A DNA stretch of 63,987 bases, counting the filler, from Sphacelaria rigidula (taxonomy: Eukaryota), in assembly GCA_964200075.2 (NCBI GenBank). It is 5 parts of 5 records of this genome, joined end to end, with 100 filler letters (N's around TTAATTAATTAA, not from the genome) between each part and the next. Parts side by side here need not be neighbours in the genome. Positions count along the whole stretch, not along the records: positions 51,273 to 63,987 come from CAXNAA020003480.1; 4 more parts are not named here. One strand, given 5' to 3'. Below the pieces are notes generated by a model that had not been told where the DNA came from, did not search any database, and was given only the letters and a program-made list of their open reading frames with translations. This document shows, one piece after another, positions 53,791-63,987 of this stretch (its first letter is position 1; every line of letters begins with the position of its first letter). The translations under genes were made by a program, and so were the position numbers.

Positions 53791-54008
53791 CTGGCTAACA
53801 TATATTGAGGTGGCGCGTGTCGTGATGTACTCTTCGTCGATCGATATGTATTGCATGCCGCGAGCCTTGACATATTGATGACACACTATATATTGACCTA
53901 CCTCTCGTGCCATCATATTGCGCGCCCGAAATGTGTTTTCAGACACCCGACGGGCCGACATATTGAGCGGGTAACGTATATTACATGATGAGTTTCCAGG
54001 GTGTGAAA
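53791..54008 (-). repeat. ~220-bp repeat; inverted partner at 59533-59740
   Basis: Its reverse complement TTTCACACCCTGGA..CGCTCAATATGTCG..ATGGCACGAGAG..CATGCAATA..CACGCGCCACCTCAATATATGTT matches 59533-59740. Confidence 0.8.
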
Positions 54009-54317
54009 TATTGTTGACGTGTGTACCACACTTCGTGAGGGGGACTGATGCTCCCTGCGAGTGCACCCTCCCATACGGTGAGGAGTGATCTGCAAGCAAC
54101 TTCAATACTCAATTACCACGTCGGCTTTTACGTATACCATGACGCATTCGATTTTTCCGACTCGCGGTGACCCTTGTACGGTCGCTTGAAAAAGTGTCCG
54201 TCCTTGCTTCGAGTCCCGTACAACGTATATAACACGCCAGCCAACTTCACAGTTTCAGGTGGTTGACCACGTCTGGCATTTAAACCACATGGATTTGCGA
54301 TACAATCCTCGATATTT

Positions 54318-54450
54318 AACCCTTTGGGAACTCAAGTGCTGATTCCTGTTTTGTGAATCTTTGTGAATCGGCATCATTTTGACTTGAAAATGATGCCGAT
54401 TCACCAAAACAAAAATCAGCACTCCCTGGGGGTCTAGTTCCCAAAGGGTT
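54318..54450. repeat. Hairpin of ~133 nt
   Basis: AACCCTTTGGGAACT/AGTTCCCAAAGGGTT, AGTGCTGATT/AATCAGCACT and GTGAATCGGCATCATTTT/AAAATGATGCCGATTCAC pair in nested order. Confidence 0.85.
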
Positions 54451-55271
54451 GAGCTCAAGTAAAAACTGCGACGCTGTCCTGCAAATGGAGTCGGCACCGC
54501 TTCCAACGAAAGTCTGACTCACCTACAGTAATATAGATACTTTATTCAATTATTTTCACCTCACGTGGTCGAGGTTTCTGTGTTGCACATGCACATGGGT
54601 ACCCAGGCTCTCTGTGTTGACAACAGCACTCCAGACGGTGTGAAGCCATGCTGGCAACACATCAGGCGTCAGACAGGCGGCACAGACCTCGAGCAGAGGT
54701 CAAAACAGGTCAGATGTACCCAAAATATCTGTGGTTGATTTGTCCTGACCAAAATGAAAAATGCCCGTAGGCAGCAGCTAGTCAACCTGCAGGCGGACTA
54801 CTTGCTCATTTTGACGGCCGCGATCAGTCAGAATGGTCATTCCGCGCCTCTCGTGTCCCTGGCTTAGGATCTTCCAGGAAAGCTCTCCAAACACACATGG
54901 TTGACTTATGAGGTTTTCGGCTGCTCTACGGACAGACAACCTCCCCCAGTCACTGGAAAACCCCTAACTTCTTGGGACGTTCTGCCTGTGAAACTGTTCC
55001 TACGCGATCCTCGCTCTTCAAGGATTGAATTAACTGATCAGGATTTCCTCTTTGGTGGGATCTCGTTCCCAATCACACGCAGGAACCTTCATCTAGCTGA
55101 ACCCCAGCTTTTTCAGGATCCCAATGACCTCACAAACTGTTTCGCATAAATACAAGAGAAAACGCCATGCCGACGATTGATCACTTGAGATCGTGGACAA
55201 TATACGCAAGACACACCGAGACCCTTTCCGAGTAATCTGAGCAACGGCACCCGTACAAACAAGGGTACCAC

Positions 55272-57536
55272 CTACCACGTATCGGACGTCCGAGGAGCGG
55301 GACTAGACACTCCAAGCTCAAACTTAACGTTCGAATTCTCCCTTGCCCCTTCAAAGGCCACATCATCGAATGTGCCCAGGTATCCAGATACCACAGCCGG
55401 CGAACCACAGAGTCGCCCCGTGCTCCCGATAACACTGGATATGACGCCGTTGTTACCACGTTTTCTGCTTTCGCCTCTCAACGGCACGACCTGCTTGCGA
55501 CACTCCTTCTCCCCATCGCCATCACTTTCAGCAGTGGGGACTGCCAGCTCTATTTTCATTGCCGCTCCTGCGCTTACTCCTGAAGACAAACCATCGGTTG
55601 TCGAGGGTGGGTATACCGAGAGCAAAGGTGGGTGTCCTGAATGCAATGACGTTCGTTCACCCTGCCGGGGACCAGTGCACACGCTGCGGCGAGTACCAAC
55701 ACTGTCGTTTGCAAGAGAAGCCGACAATGCTGCGCGCTTCCGCTTTACTTCGCGTGAGTTACGAACGCTTTCTCCGCCACACTCCTTCGCACTAGGGCCA
55801 ATGGAGCCCTCCCCAGTGTTGAGCTTTGTGGTGTCCGACGCCATAGCCGTGACGTGTTCATGAAGATGCTGTCGGGAAAACTTTGCTTCATCAACATGAG
55901 TTTTTTTGTCGAGAGCTGATGCAGAGCATTCCTCTTCCCTGTACCTCTCGTTCCTCACGTTCACTATTCCCGCCCTGGCATGCTTGAAACAGAAATCTGC
56001 CTTCTTGCTTCCCACCACATCATACGACGGATGCGTGGAGCAGCCCTGGTCGCCGCAGCTCTTCTTTACTCTTATCATTCCCACCCTAGCATGCTTGGCG
56101 CAGAACTCCGCCTTTTCGCTTCCCGCTACACCGGAGGACGGCCTCGTGGAGCAACCCCTGTGGCCACACTTTTTTACGTTCACCATTCCCCGCCTAGCAT
56201 GCTTGAAGCAGAACTTCGCCGTTTTGGTTCCTGCTACACCGAAGGACGGCCTCGTGGAGCAGCCCTCATAGCCGCACTTCTTGCTCGCACTTACCATTCC
56301 CGCCGTAGCATGCTTGGAGCAGAACTCTACCTTTTTGCTTCCCGCTACTCCATACGACGGCATCGTGGAGCAGCCCTCGTAGCCGCACTTCTTGTCCTTC
56401 ACGTTCACCATTCCCACCCTGGCATGATTGGAGCAGAACTCCGCCGTTTTGCTTCCCGCTACACCATACGACGGCATCGTGGAGCAGCCCTCGTAGCCGC
56501 ACTTCTTGTTCTTCACGTTCACCATTCCCACCCTGGCATGCTTGGAGCAGAACTCCGCCGTTTTGCTTCCTTCTACACCATACGACCGCACCGTGAAGCA
56601 TCCTTCGTAGCTGCACTGCTTTTTCACATTCACCATTCCCACCCTAGCATGCTTGGAGCAGAACTCCGTCTTCTTGCTTCCCGCTACCCCAAAAGATGGA
56701 AACGTGAAGCAGCCCTCGTAGCCGCACTTCCCCTTCACATTCACCATCCCCACCCTAGCATGCTTGGAGCAGAACTCCGTCTTCTTGCTTCCCGCTACCC
56801 CATAAGATGGCATCGTGGAGCAGCCCTCGTAGCCGCACTTCCCCTTCACATTCACCATTCCCGTCTGGGCATGCTTGGAGCAGAACCCCGCCTTCTTGCT
56901 TCCCGCTACACCATAGGACGGCCTTTTCAAGCAGCCCTCGTAGCCGCACTTTTTGTACTTCACGTTCACCATTCCCGCCCTGGTATGCTTGGAGCAGAAC
57001 TCTGCTTTTTTGCTTCCCGCTACCCCATACGACGGCATCGTGGAGCAGCCCTTGTAGCCGCACTTTTTGTCCCTCACATTCACCATTCCCGCCGTAGCAT
57101 GCTTGGAGCAGAACTCTGCTTTTTTGCTTCCCGCTACCCCATACGACGGCATCGTGGAGCAGCCCTCGTAGCCGCACTTCTTGTTCTTCACCTTCACCAT
57201 TCCCACCCTGGCATGCTTGGAGCAGAACTCCGCCATTTTGCTTCCCGCTACACCATACGACCGCACCGTGAGGCATCCTTCGTAGCTGCACTGCTTTTCC
57301 ACATTCACCATTCCCACCCTAGCATGCTTGGAGCAGAACTCCGTCTTCTTGCTTCCCGCTACCCCAAAAGATGGAAACGTGAAGCAGCCCTCGTAGCCGC
57401 ACTTCCCCTTTCCCTTCACATTTCCCGTCTGGGCATGCTTGGAGCAGAACTCCGCCTTCGTGCTTCCCGCTACACCATATGACGGCCTCTTGAAGCAGCC
57501 CTCATCACCGCACGTCCGTCTCACCAAATCCACCAT
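55272..57536 (-). CDS. EsV-1-7 cysteine-rich repeat protein (same repeat family as Ectocarpus IMMEDIATE UPRIGHT), 754 aa, 14 repeats
   Basis: Tandem 36-38 aa units C-x4-C-x3-PSYGVAGSKKAEFC-x2-H-x3-GMVNV followed by a ~200-aa low-complexity tail. Family recognised from the repeat motif; not claimed to be the IMM ortholog. Confidence 0.92.
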   Translation of the reverse strand: MVDLVRRTCGDEGCFKRPSYGVAGSTKAEFCSKHAQTGNVKGKGKCGYEGCFTFPSFGVAGSKKTEFCSKHARVGMVNVEKQCSYEGCLTVRSYGVAGSKMAEFCSKHARVGMVKVKNKKCGYEGCSTMPSYGVAGSKKAEFCSKHATAGMVNVRDKKCGYKGCSTMPSYGVAGSKKAEFCSKHTRAGMVNVKYKKCGYEGCLKRPSYGVAGSKKAGFCSKHAQTGMVNVKGKCGYEGCSTMPSYGVAGSKKTEFCSKHARVGMVNVKGKCGYEGCFTFPSFGVAGSKKTEFCSKHARVGMVNVKKQCSYEGCFTVRSYGVEGSKTAEFCSKHARVGMVNVKNKKCGYEGCSTMPSYGVAGSKTAEFCSNHARVGMVNVKDKKCGYEGCSTMPSYGVAGSKKVEFCSKHATAGMVSASKKCGYEGCSTRPSFGVAGTKTAKFCFKHARRGMVNVKKCGHRGCSTRPSSGVAGSEKAEFCAKHARVGMIRVKKSCGDQGCSTHPSYDVVGSKKADFCFKHARAGIVNVRNERYREEECSASALDKKTHVDEAKFSRQHLHEHVTAMASDTTKLNTGEGSIGPSAKECGGESVRNSREVKRKRAALSASLANDSVGTRRSVCTGPRQGERTSLHSGHPPLLSVYPPSTTDGLSSGVSAGAAMKIELAVPTAESDGDGEKECRKQVVPLRGESRKRGNNGVISSVIGSTGRLCGSPAVVSGYLGTFDDVAFEGARENSNVKFELGVSSPAPRTSDTW

Positions 57537-58254
57537 ATCCGTCCTGGCGTGCTCTGAGAAGACCTCCGTCCTCTAGCCCTGTGGACCGTGGGATGACCGC
57601 TTGGAGCAGCCGTTGTTGACACACCGTCTCCACACAACGTTGGTCAACAGCGTCTCCGGTAACGCCCCTCCGATGACTACCTGTGCACAGTAGCACAAAG
57701 AGCATGGCGGGGAGGAATACCTCGTCAGCCATGGGTGGAAGCAAGCTGGAACGCTTTAAGGGACACATTGCATTGTTATTTCTACGCATGCTTCGGAGAA
57801 AACGCATATGCCTCGATTCAACTCCGACGATGCCCCATATGAGCTTACCCAAACTACAGCACTATTTGCAACATAATTTCAACGAATGGCACATCCTTTA
57901 CACCACTGCAAAAGGTTCGGAAGTGGATCCAGGACTAGTATAGATATATGGCAGCATGATGGTGTCATTGAAACATGCGAAGTTCAACGTCAAACCAAAG
58001 GATGCCCAGCCGTTCCAAAGGGACCCCACGCATTGACATGTTACAAAATAACAAACTCCTAAAATGCAGGTCACGCAGCGCGACCCAGCTAGAAATGATT
58101 GAACAAACCAAAGAGCCAAGTATCATTATTGACGAAGCGAGCGATTGCTATGCAGCAGCACATCAGCAAAATGCGTGGGTACTCGGTTGAACGGCGCTGC
58201 TAAATGTTCATGCCCAAAAGGCCCAGCAAAAAAGCGCACGCCTCATGGCTTTTG

Positions 58255-58745
58255 AGGGGGGATGGGGGCAGAGGTATGTATCCATGATCTTGCATGCCAT
58301 AGTCATACGGCCATTGACCTTGCATCCCCAAGAAGCCGGGACGGCTCACACTGGGTTTTTGTCGGACCAGGCTGTCAATAGATCACCAAGCGCTGAGCGC
58401 CGTGGTGTGTTCGGCGAGTCGCGTGAAGGGCGAGCTGCATCCTGCCAAGATTGTCCGGCCCGAAGCGTACTGATTATCTTGCATGTGGATGATAGCCTAC
58501 AATCGAGACGCTGCATTTTCTGGTATCGTCACTTCCAGAGACAGCCACGGCTTATACTCTGCCTCATGGCTGTCTCACTGTTCAAACACCACGCAGTACG
58601 ATCATCTCCTCTGCGCGGAGTTAAGGTCCTTCAGCCCTGCACAATATGATCTCGCTCGATCACCATCACGGTTGCTGCAAAAAAAGCACAAGCGCGCAAA
58701 CAAAATCGGTGACTTTGTTGCCTAGCTTACGCAGTGGGTGGCATG
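58255..58745 (+). repeat. Dispersed ~450-bp repeat (family C)
   Basis: Core GGGTTTTCGCCGGACCAGGCT..GAGCTGCATCC..TTGCAT(A/G)TGGATGA(C/T)AGC. Copies at ~29885-30165 (+), 31855-32125 (-), 62065-62535 (-); fragments at ~58800-58840 and 61980-62010. Confidence 0.8.
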
Positions 58746-60565
58746 CAACACGGAGTCATCGGCAACCGACGTCAACTCCATAGGAGTTACGGCCCCACCG
58801 AGCCGGAACGGAGCACGACGGGTTTTCGCCGGACCAGGCTCCCCTGGATTGGGAGGGGGTAACGGCGACGCTGGCCTCTCAGATAGGACAACTCAGAAGC
58901 GGACATGTATTCTATTTTACACAGGTGTTGTTGTGGTGGCTGTGTAAGCTTTTACATAGACTCAGTTGACCATCTGTGTTCCAGACTCCATGAGAACCAT
59001 GACGGTATAAACCCAAGCTTTGTACAGAAATCGACATCTATAAGACATCAGCAAGGATGTTCTACGGTTTTGATAATGTCAGCTGCAGCAAGACCTGAAA
59101 CAGCTGAGCAAAAACGTACACAGGCGATTGTACGTTTTATATACGAACGTTCCAGCAATGCTGCAGTTGTAAAACAACTGCGCCCGTTCCTTGAAGATTT
59201 GTGGTTCCTTCTGACGTAATGAAAGAACACATCGGTGAAGATTACAATTGAAACAGTATGTAGACAGTGGGTATGAATCAAGAGCATTACAGCGACCACA
59301 TATGCTGTCATCGTTCCGATGCACACTCGGTCTACATGGCAAGATATACTGCGAAAACGCCGACACGCACAATGGATAGTCGGGGCATGTATCGGTACCG
59401 GCCGGGGTAGGTGCAGTAGATTCTCGCTGGCGCACGAAGGCCAACTGCGGGTGCATAGTCTTGGCCAGCTTCTCATCTGTCTTCTGGCGTTCTCTTTTGA
59501 CAAAATAGCAAGAGTGTCCCGATGAGACATTTTTTCACACCCTGGATAACTCAATATGTGATTAATATAGCTCGCTCAATATGTCGACGCGTTGCGTGTC
59601 CAATATATATTGGCCGAGAAATGTAATGGCACGAGAGAGAAACACATCATGTCATCAATCTGTCGAGGTTCGCGACATGCAATATATTTCGACCGAATAA
59701 AATATCACGGCACGCGCCACCTCTATATATGTTCGCCCAGTAATGTGTTGGCTGCCAGACGAGGTCAATATAAACTGACGGCTCAATATACTCAACAGCC
59801 GCGGCGCCAAAATAGTTTGACTACCCAGTATGTCGTGCGTCGATGCATCCGATATATATTGGGCGAAAAATGTGTGTGTGTTGTTATCCCATCTGTTCTG
59901 GACGCCGTTCTACACCTTTCGGTATTTGTGGGCGCACTAGCTGGGGTCGCACACGAGGGAGGCCAACATGGGAGTTTTTAGTTTCTGTTTGTTTCAGTTG
60001 TCCACCGTCGTTCTGCGGTGCTTGTCTTTCTTTCAGTGTTATTCTTTTTCAATGATATGGAGGCGGTATACAGAAATTATAATTCCTCATCCTCACGGCA
60101 ATAATCTTAGACGGCCATGCTCCAGAACTTGCAAACATCGTGGACTGGAGAGACGCACACATCCTTGGAAGAGAGGTGTCCACATCAGCACGGATAACTG
60201 GCGGTACAGAGCAGCTTCAGCGCATATCTTGACGGGGGGGGCAAGCATGTATGTCGCTGCGTAAATGGGAAGCATTTGTTGTCCGACATACCAGGGCGCA
60301 AATGCAAGCACGAATAGTCCGTGATTCGATCGCCTGTGCTCCGCCTCTGTGCGGTGTATACGGTCTGGTACAACGTAGGCGGTCGTGTGGCGAGGAGTAG
60401 GTGTGTATACAAAAGGGGCGGTGGGTTACCTCTGCAGCTGAAAATCTGAGGTTTGTCTTGGGTCTGACGGTGGATAACACCTCCCATGAACTTTGATTGC
60501 CCGGGTGTGCGCTGTGACGAGGTGGATAGGAAGGAGGCCACTCCTTGTGGCAAACACAAGAAAAT

Positions 60566-60976
60566 TCCTGTAAACCTGTTTGCTCGTTTTTTTTCGTCCT
60601 ATTTCGTCGTTTAACGTTGTAAGAAGGAGTTAAAGAGAGCATGGCACCTTGAAATGACTTGCTCTGTTCGTCGAGGCGGCTCGACGACATTTCCGCGTCT
60701 TTCGGCGGCCGCAGTTTATATTTTTGCCGAACAAGCATTTTTGTCCGTAGACGGCCAAGTACAGATAAAGATGACAGTTTTTTGTTAGATCCGACCGTTC
60801 TTGGACAAAAATGCTTTTTTAGCCAATATAGAAAACCGGCCACCGGAAAACGCGAAGGTGTCTTGCAACGGCCTCGACTACTGTAATAAGTCACTCCACG
60901 GTGTCAGACTCCATCTAGCTTTCTTTCATGGCGTCAACCCGACGAAAAAAAGACAAACAAATGTAGTTTTACAGGA
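60566..60976. mobile_element. MITE-like foldback element
   Basis: TCCTGTAAA/TTTACAGGA, TTTTTTTCGTC/GACGAAAAAAA and AAGCATTTTTGTCC/GGACAAAAATGCTT. A single-arm homolog lies at ~10125-10270. Confidence 0.7.
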
Positions 60977-60999
60977 CTTCCTTTTTATTGTTGCTATGA

Positions 61000-61440
61000 A
61001 ACCATCTTTTATTGCAACCAATCTCGACCTGTGGGAATATGCGAATTCCGCCCGTCTGCAGGCGATTTTTCGAACCCCCAATCCGTTGGGCAATGTTTTC
61101 CGGCTAGCTGTGAGCTAATCAGATCAATTATGAGATTCTCTGGACGTTGACGTTTGTTCCATCACCTTTCTACTCAAATCAGGACAATCCCGCATCTGCC
61201 TCGATTGTTTGGGATAATCGGGGGAGATGCGGGAGAATCCTGAATTTCGCAGAACGGTGAGATACCAGAGGACAACGTCCGGATACTCTGAGAATCGATG
61301 TCGTTTGCTCACAGCTAGCCAAAAAATGTTGCCCAACGGACTGGGGTCCGAAAAATTCATCCCCAGGAGAAAATCGCCTTCAGGCGGACTGAAATCGTCA
61401 TATTTGTACAAATCGAAATTGATTGCCATGAAAGATGGTT
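61000..61440. repeat. Second long foldback directly next to the first
   Basis: AACCATCTTT/AAAGATGGTT, CCGTTGGGCAA/TTGCCCAACGG, GGCTAGCTGTGAGC/GCTCACAGCTAGCC, CCCGCATCT/AGATGCGGG. Confidence 0.85.
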
Positions 61441-62699
61441 GAAGGAGCGGCGTAACAGCAGGTATTAGTTATCACAACACGCCAGTCGCCCTCCCTATTT
61501 GCCCACAATTTTTGCCTGAACAGGGATTATGCAGGAAACAATCGGGGTGTAAATCCAAGTTGGGCTTGAATTCATCGACCATTGAGTTTCAGGATCGAGA
61601 TTTGCATCATGGACACCGGGACATGAAATGTTCGTGTCCATGGCAGTTCGCCGATCGACGGCTGCATTCCTGAATCAAGTGCTTGGAATTATCCACTATC
61701 CGCCCCACCAAGTTGGATCCTGATGACCGATCCTGTGAGGTCCTGTGGGCAAAAGCACTGTACCACGCACAAGGCGCTCCATGCGGTGCGAACATGTGCA
61801 ACCGGGTGTCTCGGGTAAGGGGCACTGTACTGACTGTTGAGTACCGAATATGCCGCAGATATTGCTGCGACCCACGCTTGAAAGGGCGCGTGGAGTGCCC
61901 GGTTGTTTGGTAGACGGTCAATGCGCTGATCACGACCCCCCCCCTCCCTCTCCCCCGCCCGCCCCCAGCCTGTTCGGGCGAGCACCCGGCGTGCTCCGTC
62001 CCGGCTTTGTAGGGGCGGACCCTCGATGGGATTGGCGTCGGTTGGTGATGACGCTATGAAACACGCCGCTCACTGCTAGCTAGGCAACAAGCTTACCATT
62101 TTGTTTTGCGCGCTGGCGTTTGTTTTGCGGTAACCATGATGGTAGTCGAGCTAGATCGTGTTGTGCGGTGTGGGGGAACCTCAACTCTGCACAATGGGGA
62201 TGATCGTATCACGTACTGTGTAAATGGTGCGGCACCCATGAGGCAGTGTATAAGCCGTGGCTGTCTCAGGAAGTGACGATACCAGAAAATAGAGCAACTC
62301 ATTGTAGGCGGTTATTCAAATGCCAGATAATTAGTGGGCTTCGGGTCGAACAATCTGAGCAGGATACACACCCTCCATACGACTAGCCGAACACACCACG
62401 GCGCTTCGCGCTTGGTGATTGATCGCGAGCCTGGTTCGGCAAAAACCCGGCGTGCTCCGTCCAGGCTTGTAGGGATGAGAGGTCAGTGGTCTATGACTAT
62501 GGCATGCATGATCAAGAGTACACGCCCCCCCCCCCGCCGCCGCCGGATGTTGCCCATACCGTTTATCCTATCGTCTTACATACCATCGGGCGCAGGTGGG
62601 AACAATTGGGAAGGAGCACCACTGCGCGTGGGCCAAGAGGGGCCGCCACCTCCTGTGCCAGGAGCGGTACACCCCGCGTGCGAACCCGACTGCATAGCG

Positions 62700-63926
62700 A
62701 CGGATTACAGTAGGCACGCGGCGGTCCGGCGTTCGCCTCGGTTTTCCCAGTCTAGTCGTGACGCCACTTCCGACGATGAACCGTCGCCGGGTAGCACCAG
62801 CCGTGGCACGCCGGTCGCCGACGACGAGCGCCTACCGTCGTCGGCGGGCAGCACCTACCTACGGACTCGCCGACAGTCTGCAGCGACAGGGGAGGATAAC
62901 TCGGGAATGGTGGCAGGTTTCCTGTTGTGGGCGCAACGGCCGATGCCAGCCACCTGTGCAGAAAACCGGCGTGCTCGGCAGGCCGACGTGCAAACACCGA
63001 AGAGGCTGAAGCGTGCGACGCTACTATACGGAAATACGGCTAGTGGCCCCACGGAGGCGTGGCCGACGCCGTGCCCGGTGTGTTCCGTGCATTCCGGCGA
63101 TTGGTTGTGCTGCGCGTGCCACCGGCGACCGCCGAACGCACGAGGCGCCAAGCCCCTTTTTCGGCATCTTGCAAATGACTCGGCGGTCGCCGATGCGGCG
63201 GAATTCCGGGAGAGGATGTCAGTCACGGGCGCAGCGGCACAGACTACAGTTGTTAGGGGCTGGGTGCCGAGCCGCGGATGTCTGTGTCCCGCCCCCGATT
63301 GCTCCAATTCCGTGGTGAGGGCTAAGAAGTGGAATGGGCAGCAGGCGGGCACCGAAGACAGCGTTGATTAGAGCCGGGGAAAGTTTTCGACTCATGGAAG
63401 AGTTGTTTCGAGCGAGTGATGCTACGGCCAAGCACCCGGGTGTGGACAGTATCAATCAAGACGCAGATAGCCACCTCTACTCCGCCTCCCTCTGGGCCTT
63501 TTACAAGGAAGTGGACAGCATGTTGATCAAGAAGGGAGAGGACGAAACGTGGACCCTTCACCAATACCTCCTCCGCCTCGACACCTCCGACGCTCCCAGG
63601 ACAGGAGCGGTCTCCGTCCCCTCTCACATTGCTACGAGACGTGGTCGCCAAGATTGCCGCCGGGCGCTTCGTCGATTTGGACGAGACCTTCAATATCATA
63701 TGGCACGCCTGTCGCCGAGAGGGGTTACACGATGGCGCCTGGACTTCGAGTAACGACACCGCGAGAATCTTGGACCAAGTCGCATCTGCTGTCAGCTGTG
63801 TTCGCGGCCTCTCCTTCTCTGGGGGTAAGGTCTATCAAGACTGCAGGCGAAAGTGTAGTGCTGATGCCGCTCATGTTCGATGAATGGTGGATTGCGAATA
63901 TCTACGCCAGCGAGCGCAAGTTTTAG
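62700..63926 (+). pseudogene. Frameshifted intronless GC-rich coding remnant with Cys-rich motifs; family not identified
   Basis: Overlapping ORFs 62334-63371, 63334-63753 and 63629-63883 switch frame; motifs CPVC..CCAC and CLCPAPDC; flanked by repeat families C and A. Confidence 0.35.
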
Positions 63927-63987
63927 CGCGAGAACAACCAGCGGGAAGCGGGGAAGGAGGGGGGGGGGGGGCGTACTCATTTGTTGC

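Noticed and set aside
55980-57482. 500-aa repetitive + strand ORF and other alternative-frame ORFs
   Set aside because: Antisense and off-frame shadows of the EsV-1-7 tandem repeats.
55960-57520. CRISPR-like repeat array
   Set aside because: The units are in-frame 108-114 bp coding repeats with no unique spacers, in a eukaryotic locus with no cas genes.

Overview
Eukaryotic, intron-rich genomic DNA that looks like a brown alga (Phaeophyceae). This is inferred from the EsV-1-7 repeat gene, a bipartite plastid-targeting presequence and GT-AG introns of 1-4 kb; the species cannot be named. Genes reconstructed by reading splice sites: (1) the 3' part of a STE11/MAPKKK-type kinase (+, 4176-8465); (2) a 4-exon plastid-targeted thioredoxin with an atypical CRAC active site (-, 16661-21410); (3) a small coiled-coil gene (+, about 23029-24836); (4) a C2-domain gene (-, 36796 down to at least 28238, possibly 23950); (5) an unknown multi-exon gene or pseudogene (-, about 47.9-50.4 kb), parts of which are inverted-duplicated into long hairpins; (6) a 754-aa EsV-1-7 protein with 14 tandem Cys/His repeats that vary mainly at a few fixed positions. 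The rest is transposon debris: two gag-only LTR retroelement remnants, a tRNA-derived SINE, dispersed repeat families and MITE-like foldbacks. Four 100-nt gaps carry an artificial TTAATTAATTAA linker. Best leads: a possible modular recognition code in the EsV-1-7 array, a cluster of exon-derived hairpins, and an intronic pre-miRNA-like hairpin at 30.7 kb.
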